NCBI GenBank assembly: GCA_965644295.1
Contig: CBFFRP010000212.1
Span: 51,509-115,508 of the forward strand
Reading direction: 5' to 3'
DNA length: 64,000 nt
Origin: Paraphysomonas bandaiensis
Taxonomy: Eukaryota > Protista > Chrysophyceae
This document shows positions 52,849 to 64,000 of this stretch, piece by piece; the first letter of the stretch is position 1, and every line of letters starts with the position of its first letter. The notes beneath the pieces are model-generated. The model ran no database searches, was not told the origin of the DNA, and was given only the letters and a program-made list of their open reading frames with translations. The position numbers and the translations under genes are program-made.

Positions 52849-54042
52849 ATGGCTGTGACTGAATGTTCTCAGTTTAACCTCAGAGCTGTTGTCAAGTTAC
52901 ATATCATAGAGAATATAGAGGTTATTGTGTTAGATAGGATGAAAGGCAACGGGTTCACATCTACTTTCCCCCGGCTAGTGCATTCTTTGGAAGAAATGTT
53001 CCAACAAACTCGACCGGTTGACACGGGTTACGCCTCAGCAAAAGACTTGTTATCGCAGTCATCTGGTCCAGGAAAACTTATTGCTGATCAAGCTCTCAGT
53101 AGTGAAGATAGCAAGGAATGGGGCTGCTCTCGAGCTGATAGTTTCGGTAGCATATTAGGGTCCAAGCGACATAACGACATCATCGATAGGCTGGATAATA
53201 TGCTTGCAGCTCAAAATAAATTAATGGGTACTGTCACAGAGGTCTGACGATCTAACTGAAACCACAAGCTCAGCTTACATTACATAGATGTCTGTAAAGT
53301 TGTCTAGCCGCCTGGATGGTGCCCGAGTGGATGCCGAGGAAAAGCATGAAATTCTCGCTAAGCAACACACAGAAATATTGAATTCACAGAAAAAGCTATG
53401 CGAGGAACTAATAAGCATGAAGAAATCTCTGTCTAACCTCGCGAACTCACATAATCCACGCTGCGAAGAAGCCAATGATGGTCATGAACTGCTGTTCAGT
53501 CCCGATGCGTTCGGCTCTAGACTAGAAAGTAGGTCGTCCGTGTAAATCCATATTCAGTACATTATAAATGTATACAGCACAGCAAGTCATTATTCTATAG
53601 TTGCATTTGATACGTGAACTATTGTATTGTATGTACAGTTGCCACTGGGATTGGGGACACCAACATTGAGGACGAGGACGATTTTTTGTCTGTGGGTATG
53701 AGCAGTATCAAGTGTTCCATGTATTACTTGTAATTTGTAGGCGCCTACATGAGTCAGTGCATAAGTGCGCCAGAGGACAGTGAAGTTTGTGTGGACCAGG
53801 AAGGAACCGGGCTGGATGCCATATTCAACGAAGTGGGGGATTTCCTTTCAAAGTGTGCTGAAACCACGAGCGCTACAGAAGTAGAGCATTTATCACCCAT
53901 AGATAGTACTCCAGAGTATATATCTACGTTTGACAAGAAAAGAAGTCGTATGGATTCCCACTTAGAGTCCTCAGACTCTCACAGGCGTTGCCTTCTGCAG
54001 GCCAACGATACAGAAAATAGCTGGAATTATGAGATCGCTTGA
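52849..54042 (+). CDS. Hypothetical multi-exon protein with a coiled-coil segment
   Basis: Co-oriented ORFs 52849-53247, 53288-53545 and 53749-54042 are separated by intron-sized GT..AG gaps. No recognisable domain, and the start is uncertain. Confidence 0.5.
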
Positions 54043-54608
54043 TCAATACAACGCAGCATCTTTCATGTATTTATATGTCTGCAGACGAAGTAACGAGATA
54101 ATATGAAACTGTGTGTAATTGTTGCGTCTGGTTATTTCATGTTGTATAGGTAATCCGTGTAGAATAGCAAACGAAATTTCAATTGTAATCGTAACGTTAG
54201 GCTATTGCCAATGCCAAAGAGACTTGTAGTGCTACTACTGTGCATATTTTGGTATTATAACAACTTGGAGACGAGTAAATCGGAGATATATATCTATTGT
54301 AATACATTTCTAACAATCCTCGTTACATATAGCAATGAACTCAAGGTTATTTCGTTCAGCTCTGTATATCAACCAGTAAATTAACAGAAAATAGTGCTAT
54401 TCATATCCTGAGCAACTACTACAAAAAACGCTAATTATAGCAGCAGCTTCAGACTAGGACACAGCAAGTTGGTGTTTAAATTTCAATCAGCATTAACAGC
54501 ATTTCACTCACTTGATTTCGATAACTATCATTGACAATATTATATGGTAATACTAATGGTAATACTGTATAGAGCAGTGAAAACGAAATCAATAACAGAT
54601 ATAATCCT

Positions 54609-57157
54609 TTAGTACTCAGAACACAATCCGGATGACGCATCAGGTCCCATGTAGAATTCCAGTGTATTCCCATTAAGAGCATGTTGGAATAAGATATCGT
54701 GCTCAATGACGGGCGACTTGTATTCTTCATCACCAATAATGAGCCTCTGCACGTACACATTTTCATCAGTATTGTTATACGCAGTAATCTTTAATACGGC
54801 ATCAGGCCCGTCCACGGAGCGCAGTACCAAGCTGGAAGAAGAAATGGACGGGCTACCAATGAAGTAGCGGTCAGTACCGGCCTGAGGAAATAACCCAAGG
54901 GAAGTGAAGAGCAAAAAAGAGCTCATGGATCCGTAGTCGTCATTGCCCGGTAGACCCTCAGGAGTAGCCGAGAAGTGCATGGGAATAATCTTGCGGGACC
55001 AGTATTGAGATCGCGTGCAGTCCAATAAGTTGAAAAACCAAAGAGTGGCATGACACACTTCGTTGCCAGCCCAGAAGTAAGGATTAGGAAGGAAGGACCC
55101 GATATGGTCGTGGGACTCAACATGCTTCTCGAAAAATGTTTCCAGGGACGACAGAAAATGATTTTTGGTAGGGAAAAGATCAATAAGGCCTTGCATGTCA
55201 TGTGGAACAAAGTAGAGCCAGTGAAATGCATCCCCCTCCTTGTACATATTCCAGCTTTGGGGCCCGATAGGATCCAGCGGACAATGCAGCTCCCCAGCTT
55301 CCGATTTTGAACACATCAATTCACGCAAAGGAGACCATATGTTTTTGTAGTTCTTGCTTCGAGACTGCGCTTCCTCTGCTACACTGAAGTCTTCCGTATA
55401 CTTAGACACACCAGCCAATAGAAAATCATCGAAGGCATATGACAGGGTAAGTGAGGCGGCAATGTCACTGGACTCCGTAGGCACATAGCCGTGTTCTAGA
55501 TAGAACTCAACACTGTTTCGACCATTAGGTGCACCAGGAACGGTTGCCTGCTCCAACATAGCGGCCTGAATCTCGGTAACATTGAAGTAATCGTCGTAAC
55601 CCTTTAGTAGACCCTCCAGAACCGCCGCAGCCCCATGCATGCCGATCATGCACCCACTCTCAGTACTCCCTAGAACCCAGCGTGGGAATGCCCCAGTTGT
55701 TTTTACCATGTCCTCTATACTCCTAAGAATACCTGATACAAGTAACCGTTATGCCATGCAATCAGCTGGATGGGATACACATACCGATGCCAAGGTCTTT
55801 TGTGGCCAGTAGTTGCCAGGGGAGCATAGCTCTGAAGGTATCCCACAGTGAAAGGTCTGAGAAGTAGGCCGTTGTGAGATCTTTCGAATCCCATGAAATT
55901 CCTCTATCCTCACTGACACTGTGTACCTTCTTATCCATCCCGAGGTACACTCCCCCAATTTCGGAATACACAGTAGGAGACATGAGGGTTCTGTAGTGGG
56001 CGGTATGCAGCTGCGTGAGAAGGTCTTCGCGGTCAATAGTGGAAACATCGATACCAACGCGGAAACGGTCAAGAGTATCGCACCACACACTTGTTGTTCT
56101 CTCGAGAGCCGCGTCGAATAATTGGTCCGAGCTGCTGGCGGAAAATTCAGACATTGCTGCCTCGAGGTTGATGCGAGCCTGTTCCTCACTGATGAAACTA
56201 ATTCCTACTCGCATCTACTACACAGTTAGGCATACATTTCAAGTACATCCAAGTTTTACTTACTTCGACAGCATGTCCTCCAGTTAGGCTAGCTAGGGCA
56301 TAAAGCCGACCGTCTTGTGATTCAGCCTCAAGTGACGTGCTGTCACATACACTGGCGGACTTGTTTCCATTACAGATTGTCCATCCACTCAGCCCTGTCC
56401 CCTCCAATTTCCCGTATATATATACCCATATCCCATGGCTCAGAGACCCATCAATTAATACCCGCCCAGTAAAAGACGAGAGAGAGGGGTCTACCTCCAA
56501 TCCAGCGTCCAAGCACTGTGGTGCGTCTGTCTGCAACAGTGCTGCAGCGTGGCAGATGTCCACCACCACCCCAAGTTGATCCTCCCCAGGCCCGGAGCTA
56601 AAATTGTACTTATGAATACCTGCGAACTCACTCACTGCAACCATCTCTGCAGATGCAGATGGGAGGTCTAAGAACACTGAATAGTAACCGGGCCTTGCAA
56701 CTTCCGTTTCTTTTCTAAAGGTGCTCCACCAAGTTGACTCAGTGGAAGAGAGTGCATCTGTAGTTAGATTTCTAACAGGCATCACTCCAAATGTTCCAAG
56801 ATCACTCACTCCAGCTCCAACTAGTCGGGTGTGCGAAAATCCTCGGATCATTGTGTCGTAATAGTTGTAGCCACTGAAGTGACGGAACTCAATATTTGCC
56901 GGTGAACTGGTAGTGTCCGGCCCAATCCTGAGTGCGCCATACGGTACTTGCGCTGCTGGGGAGACTATGATATAATAAACATATTTAACATTGATAGCAA
57001 GAAAAAGGAGTGTGTTACCAGATCCATAACCGAAACCAGGTCCAGAGCTCCCTATGAACACATCTACCGCGTCCAGACTACCGCTGTCACAGGAGGAGGA
57101 TGCGGCTACACACAATGAAAGAATCACTGCGGTCCGTGGTAGCAAATAGGTCAACAT
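54609..57157 (-). CDS. Secreted GH92 alpha-1,2-mannosidase
   Basis: Signal peptide, PAAQVPYG, GFSHTRLVGAG, EVARPGYY, SLWDTFRA, CMIG, SLTLSYAFDD, YKEG, FVPHD, WAGNE and GNDDYGSMS. Confidence 0.95.
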
Positions 57158-57520
57158 AGTGGATATATGTATGGGTGAAGTGTTGTGACAGGATGCACTA
57201 TTGTGCTACTGAATATATACGGCAGCTTATACACACAGTACCATACCATAGAGGAGAACTATACCCTTTCAGCTTTTCTGTAAAATTTCGAAATTTATAG
57301 GCCAGTAAACCAGAGTTTCTAGGTTGGAATGTAGTGTAAAAGACAACTAATCTATCATATAAAAGGGATGTTTTCGGGAGGTAGATATCAGCCATATACT
57401 GAATATGGGGCCACAGCATGATAATGATACAAGAAGACAACAACTATATATTGCAATCCTATTGAATGAAGAGCGATAGATATGCATTAGAAAGGTATGT
57501 GGAGGATAACTGACCACTGT

Positions 57521-60500
57521 TCAGGTTTCATTGGTGGATGGTGATGTGACATATGTCGATGACCTTTCGGACAAGGTATGAGTACAGATAGTATTGTATA
57601 GGTCGAGGGCGAGTTATATGCTGTATGTAGCTGATTAGTGTTCCCTGTGATATAACATCCATGCACCACTCTGATATTGTCGATTTCTGCGGCTTTAATA
57701 TGAGGATGCTCATACACCTGTGTTTTTGAGGGAGCTTATAAGTGAATACTGTTGACGTATGAAATGTGTTTTATATGTTGTTGTATGATCTTGACTGTGT
57801 ATAATGTTAATGTGTTATCAGGTTTCATTGGTGGATGGTGATGTGACATATGTCGATGACCTTTCGGACAAGGTATGAGTACAGATAGTATTGTATAGGT
57901 CGAGGGCGAGTTATATGCTGTATGTAGCTGATTAGTGTTCCCTGTGATATAACATCCATGCACCACTCTGATATTGTCGATTTCTGCGGCTTTAATATGA
58001 GGATGCTCATACACCTGTGTTTTTGAGGGAGCTTATAAGTGAACACTGTTGACGTATGAAATGTGTTTTATATGTTGTTGTATGATCTTGACTGTGTATA
58101 ATGTTAATGTGTTATCAGGTTTCATTGGTGGATGGTGATGTGACATATGTCGATGACCTTTCGGACAAGGTATGAGTACAGATAGTATTGTATAGGTCGA
58201 GGGCGAGTTATATGCTGTATGTAGCTGATTAGTGTTCCCTGTGATATAACATCCATGCACCACTCTGATATTGTCGATTTCTGCGGCTTTAATATGAGGA
58301 TGCTCATACACCTGTGTTTTTGAGGGAGCTTATAAGTGAACACTGTTGACGTATGAAATGTGTTTTATATGTTGTTGTATGATCTTGACTGTGTATAATG
58401 TTAATGTGTTATCAGGTTTCATTGGTGGATGGTGATGTGACATATGTCGATGACCTTTCGGACAAGGTATGAGTACAGATAGTATTGTATAGGTCGAGGG
58501 CGAGTTATATGCTGTATGTAGCTGATTAGTGTTCCCTGTGATATAACATCCATGCACCACTCTGATATTGTCGATTTCTGCGGCTTTAATATGAGGATGC
58601 TCATACACCTGTGTTTTTGAGGGAGCTTATAAGTGAACACTGTTGACGTATGAAATGTGTTTTATATGTTGTTGTATGATCTTGACTGTGTATAATGTTA
58701 ATGTGTTATCAGGTTTCATTGGTGGATGGTGATGTGACATATGTCGATGACCTTTCGGACAAGGTATGAGTACAGATAGTATTGTATAGGTCGAGGGCGA
58801 GTTATATGCTGTATGTAGCTGATTAGTGTTCCCTGTGATATAACATCCATGCACCACTCTGATATTGTCGATTTCTGCGGCTTTAATATGAGGATGCTCA
58901 TACACCTGTGTTTTTGAGGGAGCTTATAAGTGAACACTGTTGACGTATGAAATGTGTTTTATATGTTGTTGTATGATCTTGACTGTGTATAATGTTAATG
59001 TGTTATCAGGTTTCATTGGTGGATGGTGATGTGACATATGTCGATGACCTTTCGGACAAGGTATGAGTACAGATAGTATTGTATAGGTCGAGGGCGAGTT
59101 ATATGCTGTATGTAGCTGATTAGTGTTCCCTGTGATATAACATCCATGCACCACTCTGATATTGTCGATTTCTGCGGCTTTAATATGAGGATGCTCATAC
59201 ACCTGTGTTTTTGAGGGAGCTTATAAGTGAACACTGTTGACGTATGAAATGTGTTTTATATGTTGTTGTATGATCTTGACTGTGTATAATGTTAATGTGT
59301 TATCAGGTTTCATTGGTGGATGGTGATGTGACATATGTCGATGACCTTTCGGACAAGGTATGAGTACAGATAGTATTGTATAGGTCGAGGGCGAGTTATA
59401 TGCTGTATGTAGCTGATTAGTGTTCCCTGTGATATAACATCCATGCACCACTCTGATATTGTCGATTTCTGTGGTGATGTGACATATGTCGATGACCTTT
59501 CGGACAAGGTATGAGTACAGATAGTATTGTATAGGTCGAGGGCGAGTTATATGCTGTATGTAGCTGATTAGTGTTCCCTGTGATATAACATCCATGCACC
59601 ACTCTGATATTGTCGATTTCTGCGGCTTTAATATGAGGATGCTCATACACCTGTGTTTTTGAGGGAGCTTATAAGTGAACACTGTTGACGTATGAAATGT
59701 GTTTTATATGTTGTTGTATGATCTTGACTGTGTATAATGTTAATGTGTTATCAGGTTTCATTGGTGGATGGTGATGTGACATATGTCGATGACCTTTCGG
59801 ACAAGGTATGAGTACAGATAGTATTGTATAGGTCGAGGGCGAGTTATATGCTGTATGTAGCTGATTAGTGTTCCCTGTGATATAACATCCATGCACCACT
59901 CTGATATTGTCGATTTCTGCGGCTTTAATATGAGGATGCTCATACACCTGTGTTTTTGAGGGAGCTTATAAGTGAACACTGTTGACGTATGAAATGTGTT
60001 TTATATGTTGTTGTATGATCTTGACTGTGTATAATGTTAATGTGTTATCAGGTTTCATTGGTGGATGGTGATGTGACATATGTCGATGACCTTTCGGACA
60101 AGGTATGAGTACAGATAGTATTGTATAGGTCGAGGGCGAGTTATATGCTGTATGTAGCTGATTAGTGTTCCCTGTGATATAACATCCATGCACCACTCTG
60201 ATATTGTCGATTTCTGCGGCTTTAATATGAGGATGCTCATACACCTGTGTTTTTGAGGGAGCTTATAAGTGAACACTGTTGACGTATGAAATGTGTTTTA
60301 TATGTTGTTGTATGATCTTGACTGTGTATAATGTTAATGTGTTATCAGGTTTCATTGGTGGATGGTGATGTGACATATGTCGATGACCTTTCGGACAAGG
60401 TATGAGTACAGATAGTATTGTATAGGTCGAGGGCGAGTTATATGCTGTATGTAGCTGATTAGTGTTCCCTGTGATATAACATCCATGCACCACTCTGATA

Positions 60501-63500
60501 TTGTCGATTTCTGCGGCTTTAATATGAGGATGCTCATACACCTGTGTTTTTGAGGGAGCTTATAAGTGAACACTGTTGACGTATGAAATGTGTTTTATAT
60601 GTTGTTGTATGATCTTGACTGTGTATAATGTTAATGTGTTATCAGGTTTCATTGGTGGATGGTGATGTGACATATGTCGATGACCTTTCGGACAAGGTAT
60701 GAGTACAGATAGTATTGTATAGGTCGAGGGCGAGTTATATGCTGTATGTAGCTGATTAGTGTTCCCTGTGATATAACATCCATGCACCACTCTGATATTG
60801 TCGATTTCTGCGGCTTTAATATGAGGATGCTCATACACCTGTGTTTTTGAGGGAGCTTATAAGTGAATACTGTTGACGTATGAAATGTGTTTTATATGTT
60901 GTTGTATGATCTTGACTGTGTATAATGTTAATGTGTTATCAGGTTTCATTGGTGGATGGTGATGTGACATATGTCGATGACCTTTCGGACAAGGTATGAG
61001 TACAGATAGTATTGTATAGGTCGAGGGCGAGTTATATGCTGTATGTAGCTGATTAGTGTTCCCTGTGATATAACATCCATGCACCACTCTGATATTGTCG
61101 ATTTCTGCGGCTTTAATATGAGGATGCTCATACACCTGTGTTTTTGAGGGAGCTTATAAGTGAACACTGTTGACGTATGAAATGTGTTTTATATGTTGTT
61201 GTATGATCTTGACTGTGTATAATGTTAATGTGTTATCAGGTTTCATTGGTGGATGGTGATGTGACATATGTCGATGACCTTTCGGACAAGGTATGAGTAC
61301 AGATAGTATTGTATAGGTCGAGGGCGAGTTATATGCTGTATGTAGCTGATTAGTGTTCCCTGTGATATAACATCCATGCACCACTCTGATATTGTCGATT
61401 TCTGCGGCTTTAATATGAGGATGCTCATACACCTGTGTTTTTGAGGGAGCTTATAAGTGAACACTGTTGACGTATGAAATGTGTTTTATATGTTGTTGTA
61501 TGATCTTGACTGTGTATAATGTTAATGTGTTATCAGGTTTCATTGGTGGATGGTGATGTGACATATGTCGATGACCTTTCGGACAAGGTATGAGTACAGA
61601 TAGTATTGTATAGGTCGAGGGCGAGTTATATGCTGTATGTAGCTGATTAGTGTTCCCTGTGATATAACATCCATGCACCACTCTGATATTGTCGATTTCT
61701 GCGGCTTTAATATGAGGATGCTCATACACCTGTGTTTTTGAGGGAGCTTATAAGTGAACACTGTTGACGTATGAAATGTGTTTTATATGTTGTTGTATGA
61801 TCTTGACAGTGTATAATGTTAATGTGTTACTATGATCTTGACAGTGTATAATGTTAATGTGTTATCAGGTTTCATTGGTGGATGGTGATGTGACATATGT
61901 CGATGACCTTTCGGACAAGGTATGAGTACAGATAGTATTGTATAGGTCGAGGGCGAGTTATATGCTGTATGTAGCTGATTAGTGTTCCCTGTGATATAAC
62001 ATCCATGCACCACTCTGATATTGTCGATTTCTGCGGCTTTAATATGAGGATGCTCATACACCTGTGTTTTTGAGGGAGCTTATAAGTGAACACTGTTGAC
62101 GTATGAAATGTGTTTTATATGTTGTTGTATGATCTTGACTGTGTATAATGTTAATGTGTTATCAGGTTTCATTGGTGGATGGTGATGTGACATATGTCGA
62201 TGACCTTTCGGACAAGGTATGAGTACAGATAGTATTGTATAGGTCGAGGGCGAGTTATATGCTGTATGTAGCTGATTAGTGTTCCCTGTGATATAACATC
62301 CATGCACCACTCTGATATTGTCGATTTCTGCGGCTTTAATATGAGGATGCTCATACACCTGTGTTTTTGAGGGAGCTTATAAGTGAACACTGTTGACGTA
62401 TGAAATGTGTTTTATATGTTGTTGTATGATCTTGACTGTGTATAATGTTAATGTGTTATCAGGTTTCATTGGTGGATGGTGATGTGACATATGTCGATGA
62501 CCTTTCGGACAAGGTATGAGTACAGATAGTATTGTATAGGTCGAGGGCGAGTTATATGCTGTATGTAGCTGATTAGTGTTCCCTGTGATATAACATCCAT
62601 GCACCACTCTGATATTGTCGATTTCTGCGGCTTTAATATGAGGATGCTCATACACCTGTGTTTTTGAGGGAGCTTATAAGTGAATACTGTTGACGTATGA
62701 AATGTGTTTTATATGTTGTTGTATGATCTTGACTGTGTATAATGTTAATGTGTTATCAGGTTTCATTGGTGGATGGTGATGTGACATATGTCGATGACCT
62801 TTCGGACAAGGTATGAGTACAGATAGTATTGTATAGGTCGAGGGCGAGTTATATGCTGTATGTAGCTGATTAGTGTTCCCTGTGATATAACATCCATGCA
62901 CCACTCTGATATTGTCGATTTCTGCGGCTTTAATATGAGGATGCTCATACACCTGTGTTTTTGAGGGAGCTTATAAGTGAACACTGTTGACGTATGAAAT
63001 GTGTTTTATATGTTGTTGTATGATCTTGACTGTGTATAATGTTAATGTGTTATCAGGTTTCATTGGTGGATGGTGATGTGACATATGTCGATGACCTTTC
63101 GGACAAGGTATGAGTACAGATAGTATTGTATAGGTCGAGGGCGAGTTATATGCTGTATGTAGCTGATTAGTGTTCCCTGTGATATAACATCCATGCACCA
63201 CTCTGATATTGTCGATTTCTGCGGCTTTAATATGAGGATGCTCATACACCTGTGTTTTTGAGGGAGCTTATAAGTGAACACTGTTGACGTATGAAATGTG
63301 TTTTATATGTTGTTGTATGATCTTGACTGTGTATAATGTTAATGTGTTATCAGGTTTCATTGGTGGATGGTGATGTGACATATGTCGATGACCTTTCGGA
63401 CAAGGTATGAGTACAGATAGTATTGTATAGGTCGAGGGCGAGTTATATGCTGTATGTAGCTGATTAGTGTTCCCTGTGATATAACATCCATGCACCACTC

Positions 63501-64000
63501 TGATATTGTCGATTTCTGCGGCTTTAATATGAGGATGCTCATACACCTGTGTTTTTGAGGGAGCTTATAAGTGAACACTGTTGACGTATGAAATGTGTTT
63601 TATATGTTGTTGTATGATCTTGACTGTGTATAATGTTAATGTGTTATCAGGTTTCATTGGTGGATGGTGATGTGACATATGTCGATGACCTTTCGGACAA
63701 GGTATGAGTACAGATAGTATTGTATAGGTCGAGGGCGAGTTATATGCTGTATGTAGCTGATTAGTGTTCCCTGTGATATAACATCCATGCACCACTCTGA
63801 TATTGTCGATTTCTGCGGCTTTAATATGAGGATGCTCATACACCTGTGTTTTTGAGGGAGCTTATAAGTGAACACTGTTGACGTATGAAATGTGTTTTAT
63901 ATGTTGTTGTATGATCTTGACTGTGTATAATGTTAATGTGTTATCAGGTTTCATTGGTGGATGGTGATGTGACATATGTCGATGACCTTTCGGACAAGGT
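57521..64000. repeat. 297-bp tandem array, ~21 full units, running off the window end
   Basis: Identical ORFs recur every 297 bp. Exceptions are one 151-bp partial unit (~59470), one 35-bp internal duplication (~61795-61865) and a recurrent C/T variant. Confidence 0.98.

Noticed and set aside
57365-57760. Faint protein-kinase-like fragments (FREVDI, EDNNYI, MHHSDIVDFCGF, LISEHC)
   Set aside because: They are spread over different frames with stops, and no HRD or DFG motifs are present. Not supportable without a profile search.
57487-63875. Repeated 92-aa and 73-aa minus-strand ORFs as a tandem gene family
   Set aside because: They start at non-ATG codons, have His/Ile/Thr/Tyr-biased composition typical of the complement of GT-rich DNA, and show no domain. 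They are a by-product of the repeat.
57521-64000. CRISPR array, 5S/snRNA/spliced-leader array, or hammerhead satellite
   Set aside because: There are no variable spacers or cas genes, no recognisable 5S or snRNA sequence, and no CUGANGA...GAAA core on either strand.

Overview
Gene-dense eukaryotic DNA with short (~50-65 nt) GT-AG introns. A flagellated stramenopile-like protist is inferred from gene content; this is not proven. About 15 protein genes: an LRR+EF-hand protein, a membrane-anchored subtilisin, p24/TMED, CCA-adding enzyme, a triple NCS/EF-hand-repeat protein, USP5/13, a CIMIP1-like ciliary protein, TMEM184, a DHHC palmitoyltransferase, an Argonaute with an intact DEDH tetrad, a full-size ABCG, a sepiapterin-reductase-like SDR with a metallothionein-like tail, a GH92 mannosidase and two hypotheticals. 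There is one tRNA-Arg(UCG). Intergenic DNA holds TA-flanked MITEs, a non-autonomous hAT element with a nested LINE 3' fragment, and five pieces of a structured SINE-like family that shares a covarying GNRA 3' hairpin and tail with that LINE. The last 6.5 kb is a near-perfect 297-bp tandem array. It starts exactly at a splice-acceptor-like site, and each unit carries an in-frame AG|51-nt|GT cassette (VSLVDGDVTYVDDLSDK). The SINE/LINE system and this array are the most notable items. All coordinates and gene models were read by eye and may be off by a few bases.
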